NCBI GenBank assembly: GCA_018396755.1
Contig: JAGTQM010000002.1
Span: 19,972 to 83,971 of the forward strand
Length of the DNA: 64,000 nt
Direction: 5' to 3'
From: Candidatus Bathyarchaeota archaeon
Lineage (GTDB): Archaea > Thermoproteota > CALKCG01 > B24
Both the position numbers and the translations under genes were made by a program. This document shows positions 45,701 through 54,827 of the stretch, piece after piece. The notes beneath the pieces were generated by a model, which saw only the letters and a list, made by a program, of their open reading frames with translations, was not told where the DNA came from and searched no databases. How positions within the stretch are numbered: the stretch's first letter is position 1; every line of letters begins with the position of its first letter.

Positions 45701-46615
45701 GTCAGAGAGAGAGATGTAACTTTAGGATTACCGAGGCTTCTAGAGATTGTTGATGCTAGGAAGAACCCTTCAACTCCAATCATGACAATAAGACTCGATG
45801 AAGAACATAGAGTCGATAGAGATAAAGCTTTTAAAGTAGCTCAATCCCTCACTTATACTACCGTAAGTGACTTGACGGCTAAAGGCGAATACCGAATAGA
45901 CTTAGAAGAGGGGGTTGTTAGGATTAAAATCGACAGGTCTCTTATGGAGAGTAGAGGAGTAACAGTTGAAGACTTAAAGAATTTGACAATCACCAATGCG
46001 ACATTAGAGTTTTCAGGTGATGAACTTATCATTAAACCCAAGTCTGCTATGGATATTTCATGGTTAAAGAGGCTTGTTAACAGGGTGATGAAGCTTAGTG
46101 TAAAAGGAACGCCTGGAATCAATAGAATCCAAGTTGTTACAGAGGGAAATGAGTGGGTTATTCAAGCCGATGGATCAAATCTAAGCGGAGTTATTCAAGT
46201 TCCAGGCATAAACCCAGCTAGGACGTTAACTAACAATATCTATGAAATCTATGAAACGCTCGGCGTTGAAGCTGCTAGAAACGCCATTATAAGAGAGGCT
46301 AAAGACGTTTTTGAAGGTATAGGTGGTGGTTTAGATCTTGACATTAGACATCTCATGCTTGTAGCAGACGTTATGACTAATACAGGTAAGATTCGTCAAG
46401 TTGGTAGACACGGTGTAACTGGTGAAAAATCGAGTACATTAGCTAGAGCAGCATTTGAAATAACTGTTTCAAGCATCATAGATGCTGCGGTGAGAGGAGT
46501 TGAAGATACACTTAAAGGTGTCACGGAAAACATTATAGCTGGTCAAGATATGAAGGTAGGGACAGGTATAGTGGACATATACATGACGCCTAATCCACCT
46601 TCAAGAGGTGAGTGA
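42785..46615 (+). CDS. rpoA: RNA polymerase largest subunit (Rpo1) as one continuous ORF spanning the A' and A'' regions
   Basis: 1276 aa from ATG 42785, one nt after the rpoB stop. It contains CATCGN...CPGHFGH and [12 protein letters not shown] (A' region). In the same frame it also contains [32 protein letters not shown] (trigger loop, normally in A''). An in-frame ATG at 45419 (codon 879) sits where A'' usually starts. Confidence 0.9.
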   Translation: [1276 protein letters not shown]

Positions 46616-46616
46616 A

Positions 46617-46928
46617 ATGGTTGATGTAAATAAGGCTATATATAGTGCTGTAAAAACAGGGAAAGTTATATTGGGTTCTAGAAGGTCTCTCAATTTTCTT
46701 AAGATGGGAAAAGCCAAGTTTGTGATAGTTGCATCAAATATTCCAAAAGACTTAAGAGAGGTTATCGATTACTATACTAAGTTGACGTCAATACCAGTCT
46801 ACACGTATAAAGGTACGAGTATAGACCTGGGACATATATGTGGGAAACCATTTCCCATAATGATGATGGCTATTAGAGAACCGGGTAATTCAAACATAAT
46901 GGAGCTAGTGGAGAAACATGAAGAGTGA
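46617..46928 (+). CDS. rpl30e: Ribosomal protein L30e
   Basis: SAVKTGKVILGSRRSLNFLKMGKAKFVIVASNIP...IPVYTYKGTSIDLGHICGKPF. The ATG at 46617 follows the rpoA stop. Confidence 0.9.
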   Translation: MVDVNKAIYSAVKTGKVILGSRRSLNFLKMGKAKFVIVASNIPKDLREVIDYYTKLTSIPVYTYKGTSIDLGHICGKPFPIMMMAIREPGNSNIMELVEKHEE

Positions 46929-47358
46929 TAGTATAAGGCTTACGGCTGAAGAAATGGGGTTGATAAACATAGTTGAAAGTCTAACAGGGGCTAAGTGTAG
47001 AGACTGTTTAATAGATTCTAATAGCGGTAGAGTAACTTTCATAGTAGAAGAAGGAGACCTGAAACTCGTTTTAGGTAAAAGAGGATCTAACGTTAGACTC
47101 ATACGGAGACTTCTTAAACGTGAAGTAGACTTCCTAGAGTATTTTCCAACACCTGAAGTTTTCATAGCGAAATCGCTTACACCAGCTAGAGTCAGAGAGG
47201 TTAGAATAACGGAGAAGCCTAACGGTGAGAAATTAGCAGTTATAACTGTTGAGCCTAGAGATAAAGGTCTTGCCATAGGTAAAAACGGTAGAGTTATCGA
47301 AAGGACTAGAAAGTTGGCTCGAAGATATTTCAACATAAACCATATAATAGTAGTATAA
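46918..47358 (+). CDS. nusA: Archaeal NusA-like protein (two KH domains)
   Basis: LINIVESLTGAKCRDCLID...LVLGKRGSNVRLI...GLAIGKNGRVIERTRKL. Confidence 0.85.
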   Translation: MKSDSIRLTAEEMGLINIVESLTGAKCRDCLIDSNSGRVTFIVEEGDLKLVLGKRGSNVRLIRRLLKREVDFLEYFPTPEVFIAKSLTPARVREVRITEKPNGEKLAVITVEPRDKGLAIGKNGRVIERTRKLARRYFNINHIIVV

Positions 47359-47562
47359 CCAGACGATTAATCTATCACTAGAAGCATTTTTATTGGAGCC
47401 CACCATGTAGAATCAACTTTAAATATTCCGGTTTGTAGACGCTTCCATCTGAATATTTAGATGTTAATCCCCTCTGTTGTTGCATCCCACATTTCGTTTA
47501 AAAAACATGCAGAGCTAAAACCATTCACAACAGACCTCAAGCCGTTTAATTTTCTCAGTAAC

Positions 47563-47570
47563 TTTAAATA
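47563..47570 (+). promoter_or_regulatory. TATA-like box TTTAAATA for rps12
   Basis: Its centre lies ~32 nt upstream of ATG 47598. This predicts a near-leaderless transcript that starts between the two candidate ATGs, which favours 47598. Confidence 0.35.
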
Positions 47571-47597
47571 GTTGCTAAAGTACTTATGCTATTCGCT

Positions 47598-48023
47598 ATG
47601 CCTGGTGAATTCGCCGCTAGATCCCTTAAAAATAAAAGGAAAAAGTTCAAGTGGAGTTATAGATACTATAAGCGTAAAATGCTTGGTCTAGATATAAAAG
47701 CAGACCCGCTTGAAGGCGCACCTATGGCTAGAGGAATAGTGCTTGAAAAGGTTGGAGTAGAATCTAAGCAACCCAACTCAGCCATAAGGAAGTGCGTCCG
47801 CGTCCAACTTATAAAGAATGGGCGGGTTGTGACAGCTTTCTTACCTGGCGATGGCGCTTTAAACTTCGTAGATGAGCATGATGAGGTTTTAATTGAAAGC
47901 ATTGGAGGGACAAGAGGCAGATCCATGGGTGATATACCGGGTGTCAGGTTTAAGGTTATAGAAGTTAATGATGTCCCTCTAAATAGACTTATAATTGGAA
48001 AAGCTCAAAAACCGACCAGGTGA
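47598..48023 (+). CDS. rps12: Ribosomal protein S12
   Basis: [19 protein letters not shown]...[42 protein letters not shown]. Confidence 0.9.
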   Translation: MPGEFAARSLKNKRKKFKWSYRYYKRKMLGLDIKADPLEGAPMARGIVLEKVGVESKQPNSAIRKCVRVQLIKNGRVVTAFLPGDGALNFVDEHDEVLIESIGGTRGRSMGDIPGVRFKVIEVNDVPLNRLIIGKAQKPTR

Positions 48024-48041
48024 TCTTAAGAGGGGGGTAAA

Positions 48042-48611
48042 ATGTCTAAAGAGGTTAAGCTTTTTGGAAAATGGTCATATGAGGAGGTTGAGGTTAAAGA
48101 CCCGAGTCTTAAATTGTACATATGTCTTAAGCCAGTTCTATATCCTAAAACTGGCGGTCGACATGCGCATAAATCGTTTGCTCGAATAAACACTCCTATC
48201 GTTGAAAGACTTGCAAATCAACTTATGCGTCCAGGTGAAAGCGGCGGTTTGAAAGTGAAAGCGTTAAACATTGTGAGAAATGCATTTGAAATAATTCACC
48301 TTAAGACTGAAATGAACCCGCTTCAAGTTCTAATTAAAGCTTTAGAGAATGCCGCCCCTTGTGAAGATGTTACACGTGTTGCCTATGGAGGCATAGTGTA
48401 TCATAGAGCCGTTGATGTAGCTCCATCTAGAAGGCTGGATTTAGCTTTAAGATTCATCGTGGACGGTGCTAGACTTAAAGCTTTTAGCAATCCTAAAACC
48501 ATAGACGAATGCTTAGCCGACGAGATAATAAATGCAGCTGAAGGTTCTCAAGACTCATACGCAATACAACGTAAAGATGAACTTGAACGTATAGCATTAG
48601 CGTCAAGGTAG
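48042..48611 (+). CDS. rps7: Ribosomal protein S7
   Basis: [18 protein letters not shown]...[10 protein letters not shown]...[15 protein letters not shown]. Confidence 0.9.
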   Translation: MSKEVKLFGKWSYEEVEVKDPSLKLYICLKPVLYPKTGGRHAHKSFARINTPIVERLANQLMRPGESGGLKVKALNIVRNAFEIIHLKTEMNPLQVLIKALENAAPCEDVTRVAYGGIVYHRAVDVAPSRRLDLALRFIVDGARLKAFSNPKTIDECLADEIINAAEGSQDSYAIQRKDELERIALASR

Positions 48612-48792
48612 TATGACTTTAACTTTCTAACTGTAGCCGAAGACTCTTCTCTAAATGCAATTTTCAGAGAGAATCGAATAGATAGTTTAAGAATTAGAAG
48701 GACAGTAAAAGGAAAAACTCTCAGACTAAGTATATAAGCTAAAACTTTTTATAACGGATACTTGAGTTTATCTTTAGAAAGGTGGTTATTGT

Positions 48793-50091
48793 ATGAGCCA
48801 GAAACCCCATTTAAACTTAGTAGTCTGCGGACATGTAGACCATGGTAAGAGTACTCTAACAGGACATATGTTGTACTTAACGGGTGCCGTAGACGAGAGA
48901 ACAATAAGAGAATATGAAGAGCAGGCTAAAGCCTTAGGTAAAGAGACGTTCAAATATGCTTGGGTTTTAGATACTCTTAAAGAAGAAAGAGAAAGAGGAC
49001 TGACGATAGACTTAGAATTCGTTAAGTTTGAAACCGACAAGTTCTTCTTCACGATTATAGATGCTCCAGGGCATAGAGACTTCATTAAAAACATGATCAC
49101 TGGTGCCAGTCAAGCAGATGCTGCGTTGCTGGTGGTTTCAGCTAAGACTGGTGAATATGAAACCGGAATACAACCAGGCGGGCAGGCTAGAGAGCACGCA
49201 TTCCTACTGATGACCTTAGGTGTCCGTCAGATGGTTGTCGCTATAAATAAGATGGATGATGTTACTGTCAACTGGAGTCAGAAGAGGTTTGAAGAGTGTA
49301 AAAACGGAGTAATTAGGCTTTTAAAGACGATTGGATATAACGTTGAGAAAATACCAATAGTACCTGTTTCAGGATGGACTGGAGATAACATAGTTAAACT
49401 TAGTGAAAAAATGCCGTGGTATAAAGGTCCAACTCTTCTACAATCTTTAGATGTATTCGAAGTCCCACCTAAACCGATAGATAAACCTTTGAGAGTGCCA
49501 ATTCAAGACGTGTACACAATAACTGGTGTAGGTACTGTTCCAGTGGGGAGAGTAGAGACTGGGATTCTAAAGGAAGGTCAGACCGTGGTATTTATGCCAT
49601 CTGGTGCTAAAGGCGAAATTAGATCCATTGAGACACACCACGTTAGAATTAAAGAGGCATATCCCGGTGACAATATAGGCTTTAACGTTAGAGGTGTTTC
49701 CAAGACCGATATTAAGAGGGGAGATGTTGCCGGGCCAGTCGATAACCCGCCTACGGTAGCTAAAGAGCTCATAGCTAGAATAATAGTAGTCTATCATCCC
49801 ACCGCTATAGCAGTAGGATATACGCCAGTAATGCATATACACACTGGTCATGTTCCATGTAAATTCGCAGAATTGATTAGGAAAATAAACCCGAGAACTG
49901 GTGAAACGATTGAAGAAAACCCATCGTTCCTTAGAACAGGCGAATGTGCGATAGTAAGACTACAGCCTCTAAAACCCGTCGTAGCCGAAGAATACACAGT
50001 TATTCCTCAGCTTGGTAGATTTGCAGTTAGGGACATGGGTACAACAATCGCAGCAGGTATAATCGAGAAAATAACTGTAAAAGGGCCATAG
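48793..50091 (+). CDS. tuf: Translation elongation factor EF-1 alpha
   Basis: KPHLNLVVCGHVDHGKSTL...DAPGHRDF...NKMD. Confidence 0.95.
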   Translation: MSQKPHLNLVVCGHVDHGKSTLTGHMLYLTGAVDERTIREYEEQAKALGKETFKYAWVLDTLKEERERGLTIDLEFVKFETDKFFFTIIDAPGHRDFIKNMITGASQADAALLVVSAKTGEYETGIQPGGQAREHAFLLMTLGVRQMVVAINKMDDVTVNWSQKRFEECKNGVIRLLKTIGYNVEKIPIVPVSGWTGDNIVKLSEKMPWYKGPTLLQSLDVFEVPPKPIDKPLRVPIQDVYTITGVGTVPVGRVETGILKEGQTVVFMPSGAKGEIRSIETHHVRIKEAYPGDNIGFNVRGVSKTDIKRGDVAGPVDNPPTVAKELIARIIVVYHPTAIAVGYTPVMHIHTGHVPCKFAELIRKINPRTGETIEENPSFLRTGECAIVRLQPLKPVVAEEYTVIPQLGRFAVRDMGTTIAAGIIEKITVKGP

Positions 50092-50165
50092 TAGACTGAC
50101 ATAAGAATAGCTCGGCTTTATTTTCCAATATTTTCTTCTTAGTCGAAAATCTGGAGGTTTACTCT

Positions 50166-50558
50166 GTGAGAATTAAAATCCCTAAGTCTTTTTTAATCAT
50201 GGTTCTTATAGGTGTATCGCTATATTTAAGCTGCGGAGGATTATATGTGTTAATTGAGGGGAGAGAAGAGAGCATCATAAATCAGCCTTGGGTTGTAGTT
50301 CAATGGGGACAATCTCAGAGAATATCCATAACTATTCCAGGGTTGAGGAGTCAAACGCTGGGTGAAGGTTACATTGTAGGCATTACGCTTACAATATCTG
50401 TGTTAGGACTTTCTATGCCCTATCTGTGTTCAAAATTTAAAGTGAGCGTAAAAACAATGAGAAGTATAATTATAGCATCTACTATTCTTCTACTCGTATC
50501 CGTATATTTAATTTTCAGTATATACTTCTCCAAGTATTGGGGAGCACCATGGCCTTAA
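50166..50558 (+). CDS. Hypothetical membrane protein (3-4 TM)
   Basis: 130 aa with a GTG start and hydrophobic segments. I recognise no motif. Confidence 0.4.
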   Translation: MRIKIPKSFLIMVLIGVSLYLSCGGLYVLIEGREESIINQPWVVVQWGQSQRISITIPGLRSQTLGEGYIVGITLTISVLGLSMPYLCSKFKVSVKTMRSIIIASTILLLVSVYLIFSIYFSKYWGAPWP

Positions 50559-51199
50559 ACTTCCTCAAGCCCCCTAGGAGTGATTGAAACGATGGTTGAA
50601 GCTTTTTTACCTGTAAGCTCATTCTTCTCAATACTTATCCTCCTTAGATTGGGTTTACCCGTCAGCTCCATCTTAATGACTATCGGAGACCAGAATTTTA
50701 AAACTCTACTGGCAACGGGTTCTAAGCCCCTCTTCTCTAAACTTCTAGCTTGACTTATAGAGAGACAAACTACGTTAAATGCTTTTGCCGTTTTACTCAA
50801 ATAAGCCATCTGTCTATTAAGCTCCCTATTAAGACCGAAGGAGTCTTTAGTTTCTGAAAGTTCGATTCCATACAGTTTCGTAGCTGAATCTAGAATTATC
50901 AATCCTACACCACGGCTAATATACCGCTCAAGAGATTCCACTATATATGTCTGCTCGCTAAATGACGTAGGACGTAATATTGCTATTCTCTGTAAAGCCT
51001 CATCATTGAGATACTCATCTATTTGTAAAAGCCTATTGGAGCTAAGCCTTTCATCAGAATCTATGTATATTGTCTTAAAGCCTTTTAAAGCAGCTTTAAC
51101 AGCCGTTTGAAGAGCTAACGTAGATTTACCTGAACCAGCTTCACCATAGATAAGCGTTATACTGCTTCTAGGGAAACCTCCTCCAAGCACCGCATCCAC
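50555..51199 (-). CDS. radB: RecA-superfamily ATPase, RadB/RadA-paralog-like
   Basis: Walker A ITLIYGEAGSGKSTLALQ and Walker B GLIILDS, about 214 aa. Conserved-looking residues continue upstream of the GTG start (see findings). Confidence 0.65.
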   Translation of the reverse strand: MDAVLGGGFPRSSITLIYGEAGSGKSTLALQTAVKAALKGFKTIYIDSDERLSSNRLLQIDEYLNDEALQRIAILRPTSFSEQTYIVESLERYISRGVGLIILDSATKLYGIELSETKDSFGLNRELNRQMAYLSKTAKAFNVVCLSISQARSLEKRGLEPVASRVLKFWSPIVIKMELTGKPNLRRISIEKNELTGKKASTIVSITPRGLEEV

Positions 51200-51346
51200 C
51201 GTTCGACAGCCCGTTAGTAGACTCAGGAGAAATGCACCTCCTATAGGTCACTAACTATTTTCCTTAAAATTTAGCTTTTATCATCCATTGCAGTATTGTG
51301 AAAAGATAAATTTCTCCTTTGCTTAATAGTGTTATGAGAGATTGCT

Positions 51347-52660
51347 ATGGAGAAGAGTAGGTCTAGACGTTTTGAAGCTGAAGCCGGGGAGTGTTTACTG
51401 ATAGGTGGGCCAGCTCAGTTGAAAATACTCGAAGGTAGAGTTGAAGCATTAGGAGTTGAGCTGGGTAAGGGGGGGAGGATCGTCGTAAGAGTTTTCAGAG
51501 CAATCCCTATAAGAACGGTTGAGAAAAGTCTTCTTGAAGTAGAACACGGCATCAATGGGTTTATTGAACGCATAGATGAGCCGTACCCTGCCGACTGGAT
51601 ACAAATAACCGATAAAGTTTCCAAGGTCAAAGGTGCCGTGTTAATCATAGGAGCTGTAGATGTTGGAAAATCCACACTATGTGCCCTTATTACCAATCGT
51701 ATGCTTTCAGAGGGTTTGAAAGTCGGCGTTATAGAGGGAGATGTTGGCCAAGCTGAGATAGGCCCCCCGACAACCGTAAGTCTTGCTATACCTAAAGTAC
51801 CATCACCTGACTTATTCAAGCAAAATCCCATAACTTCCGAGTTTATCGGATCCACTAGCCCTATGGGTTTTGAAGGAGAAATCGTGGAAGCTATACGTAA
51901 ACTTAAGAATGAAGCTGAAAGTTTAAACGTAGATTTAATAGTAGTGAATACAGACGGTTGGATTGACGATGAAAAAGCTGTGGAATATAAAATTAAACTA
52001 GCCGAAGCATTAAAACCTTCGATTATAATCGTCCTTTGCTATGAAGGAGAGCTTGAAGAGCTTAGAAGAAGGCTTTCTGAAAAATTTAACGTCCTCATAG
52101 CCCCGCAATTAGCTAAAGCTAGGAAGAGAAGTAGAGAAGCTCGGAAAGAATTGAGAGAGCTTAGCTATCAGAAAAACCTGAGAGGCGCTACCATAAGGTC
52201 AATACCTATAAGCTGGATTAAAATTTTAAACCACGATCTAGGTACGGGAGTGATTCTAAGCGACGATAGATTTAAGAAGCTCAATGAACAGCTTAACGGA
52301 GGACTAATTTACGGAGAGGAAACACCTAACGGTTTACTTTTAGTCTTAAACGAAAAATTTGCTTCTAAGGATCATGTAAAAAGAATATTTGAAAACCAAA
52401 GTCGATCAGTAAGCGTTATGTGGCTTGGGTCTGAAAGAGGATTAATAGTTGGATTATATGATAAGGAGGGAAAGTTTATCGGCATAGGTGTTATAGAAGA
52501 AATAGATTATAAAAGGAGGATTTTAAAGATTCACACACCATGTCAACAAACGGTGGGAATGATAAAGCTAGGTTGCATTAAGCTTTTAGAATCTTGGAAG
52601 GAAGTTGAAAAATTCCCCAGTTGCCCCTTAAAGCCCCTGAACCTAAATACGCTCCAATAA
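51347..52660 (+). CDS. Clp1/Grc3-family polynucleotide 5'-hydroxyl kinase
   Basis: VLIIGAVDVGKSTLCALITN...VIEGDVGQAEIGPPTTVSL...VVNTDGW. Confidence 0.75.
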   Translation: MEKSRSRRFEAEAGECLLIGGPAQLKILEGRVEALGVELGKGGRIVVRVFRAIPIRTVEKSLLEVEHGINGFIERIDEPYPADWIQITDKVSKVKGAVLIIGAVDVGKSTLCALITNRMLSEGLKVGVIEGDVGQAEIGPPTTVSLAIPKVPSPDLFKQNPITSEFIGSTSPMGFEGEIVEAIRKLKNEAESLNVDLIVVNTDGWIDDEKAVEYKIKLAEALKPSIIIVLCYEGELEELRRRLSEKFNVLIAPQLAKARKRSREARKELRELSYQKNLRGATIRSIPISWIKILNHDLGTGVILSDDRFKKLNEQLNGGLIYGEETPNGLLLVLNEKFASKDHVKRIFENQSRSVSVMWLGSERGLIVGLYDKEGKFIGIGVIEEIDYKRRILKIHTPCQQTVGMIKLGCIKLLESWKEVEKFPSCPLKPLNLNTLQ

Positions 52661-52701
52661 CTTTGTTAAGATCATCTACAAGGTTCATCGTATTTTTGAT
52701 T

Positions 52702-53247
52702 CTACGTCTTTATTGCGTTTAAAACTTCTCTGGCAATTGTATTAGGTAACGTATCTCTGTTAGCAAGGGAAACTTTAACTATTATGGGGCTACTACTGTT
52801 TAAAATGTCTATTAATGGGCCGCCAATTCTATGGTGTAAAACAGCTATTAACAGTTTAGAGCTTTTAATTATGTCTATGACTGTCTCATGGAACAGCCGG
52901 CTTTTAAGCTCCATAGGCCCTATCTCGTCTAAAGCTATAATAGGCACGCTTTCATCTAATAATGCTCTTCTTAAAGCTCCAACCCCTATGTTTTCAAGGT
53001 CTTCTACATTAACACCATACCTGCCAACTTTGATAGAAGTTTTGAAGTTTACGTTTGCCAGCCATCCCCATCGACCACTTTCCAAATCTTCAACTTTAAA
53101 GCCGATTCTAACACCCCTGATTCTAACTTCTCGACAAATCATGCCTCCAACCCTTAGACCTTCAGCTCTAAGTATTTGAATAGCCCTCAATAAGACCGTA
53201 GTTTTACCTATGCCAGGTGGTCCAGTTATGAGAAATCTTTTAGACAT
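52702..53247 (-). CDS. THEP1-type nucleoside-triphosphatase
   Basis: FLITGPPGIGKTTV...GGMICREVRIRGVRIGFKVEDL...IALDEIGPMEL. Confidence 0.8.
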   Translation of the reverse strand: MSKRFLITGPPGIGKTTVLLRAIQILRAEGLRVGGMICREVRIRGVRIGFKVEDLESGRWGWLANVNFKTSIKVGRYGVNVEDLENIGVGALRRALLDESVPIIALDEIGPMELKSRLFHETVIDIIKSSKLLIAVLHHRIGGPLIDILNSSSPIIVKVSLANRDTLPNTIAREVLNAIKT

Positions 53248-53333
53248 CTAGCTTCTCTAAGACTTTAGAAAAGTTCTTAAAGTTTAGCTATATAGGGAGA
53301 AACTGTTCAGTATATAATGGAGCTGATGAGCGA

Positions 53334-53975
53334 ATGGGATATATAGATGAGGAGAATGTTAAACGGGAGCTTATAGAGGTAATGAAAATAATGCATGATA
53401 AAGGCTTGATGACAGGCATAGGGGGGAATGTTTCATACAGGATGCCTGAGACCAACGAAGTTTGGATAACACCATCTGGACTATATAAACCTAAGTTGAA
53501 CACAGAAGACCTTGTTAAGATAGATTTGGAGGGTAATTTATTGGAGGGGGTCTATAAACCCTCTATGGAGTGGCCCATCCACACATCAATATATAAACGG
53601 CGGGTTGATGTAAACTGTGTTCTCCACTGTCATCCGCCTTATGCAACTGGTCTCATATTGGCTGGTGTAGAGTTTAGACCTATAACTTTGGAGGCTGCTC
53701 TAATGATAGCTAGAGCACTCACGGTTCCCTTTATATATCCTGGAACCAAAGAGTTGGGTGAGGCAGTGGCTGAAGCCGCTATGGGCAGTCGTGTTATACT
53801 TCTCCAAAACCATGGTGCTGTGACATTAGGCTATGATATTTATGAGGCAGTAACAGCTATGGAGATTCTAGAAGAGTGTGCAAAAATGACTTTTGTAGCT
53901 AAATGCATGGGTGTTAAGCCGACTGAAATATCTGAACGAGATATTGAGCTTCTAAGAAAACTCTATAAGCTTTAA
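53334..53975 (+). CDS. Class II aldolase/adducin-family protein (fuculose-1-phosphate aldolase / MTRu-1-P dehydratase type)
   Basis: GIGGNVSYRMP...VWITPSG...HCHPPYAT...LLQNHGAVTLG. Confidence 0.75.
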   Translation: MGYIDEENVKRELIEVMKIMHDKGLMTGIGGNVSYRMPETNEVWITPSGLYKPKLNTEDLVKIDLEGNLLEGVYKPSMEWPIHTSIYKRRVDVNCVLHCHPPYATGLILAGVEFRPITLEAALMIARALTVPFIYPGTKELGEAVAEAAMGSRVILLQNHGAVTLGYDIYEAVTAMEILEECAKMTFVAKCMGVKPTEISERDIELLRKLYKL

Positions 53976-53993
53976 ACGTTTAAACCATAGCGG

Positions 53994-54488
53994 CTACGCA
54001 AGATATGTAACGTTTTCAGAGTCAAATCCTTTTATAAATTCTATATTTTTAAGCCTCATCCTAATGGGATGGTTCAAGTCTTCATCCAGCTCTTTGAACG
54101 ACTGAAGAACCGATCTTAGACCATATTTAGACATTTTAGTTGCCGGATGCTCTTCACCAAGGTTGTTTTTGCAGATCATATAGGCAAGCTCATTAGCATA
54201 AACCTCATCATAACCTAGCGAATGGAGATATTCATGTAGCAATACTTCGAACAAGTAACTTTTAAGAATATTTTCATCGTTTGCCTCCCGTTTAAGTTTT
54301 TCAATAAGCTTTCGGTTTAAAACGATGACGTTTGGGGAGTAGTACGCGGCTACTGCAGATGGCATATCTGATAAACCAAGCATTAGACCTACTCTACGTC
54401 TACCTAAAGTTTTATACACTGCCTTCTTAACTAAGAGGAAAATGTCGTTAAATTCACGGCTTCTATCCAATTGTTCAGTTATAGACAT
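53994..54488 (-). CDS. Putative zinc metallopeptidase-like protein (HExxH)
   Basis: 164 aa with a single HEYLH motif in VLLHEYLHSLG. The family was not recognised. Confidence 0.4.
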   Translation of the reverse strand: MSITEQLDRSREFNDIFLLVKKAVYKTLGRRRVGLMLGLSDMPSAVAAYYSPNVIVLNRKLIEKLKREANDENILKSYLFEVLLHEYLHSLGYDEVYANELAYMICKNNLGEEHPATKMSKYGLRSVLQSFKELDEDLNHPIRMRLKNIEFIKGFDSENVTYLA

Positions 54489-54542
54489 GGTCTCAACTGA
54501 GAAGAAACAGCTTCCCTATTAAACCTTACTCGCTTTTTAAGG

Positions 54543-54815
54543 CTAAGGGTATATGGAAGATTCTACTGCTATCGTCGGATCTATACGCTTAATTAATGTA
54601 GTTATTTTATTGAAATCCCTTTTAAATTCCTCCTCATTCCATTTAAAACCTGTTACAACGGCTAGATTACGTGAAGGCATTAGCTGAATAAATGCTATGA
54701 AGTATCTACCTCTTACGAAGTACTCGTAAGCATGTATTCTAACACCATAACCTTCTTCTTTCAAAGAATTTAGCAGTTTAAGTCTACCAGTTTGCGATTC
54801 AAAGATTCTACTCAT
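54543..54815 (-). CDS. Hypothetical protein
   Basis: 90 aa ORF, 12 nt downstream of the HMGCS gene on the same strand. Confidence 0.35.
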   Translation of the reverse strand: MSRIFESQTGRLKLLNSLKEEGYGVRIHAYEYFVRGRYFIAFIQLMPSRNLAVVTGFKWNEEEFKRDFNKITTLIKRIDPTIAVESSIYP

Positions 54816-54827
54816 GTTTACCTCTAA

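Noticed and set aside
46905-47336. 143-aa minus-strand ORF
   Set aside because: It is fully antisense to nusA, which has clear KH-domain motifs. The same reasoning applies to 51415-51855 (antisense to clp1), 52784-53179 (antisense to THEP1), 18319-18663, 36573-36926, 63037-63387 and similar ORFs.
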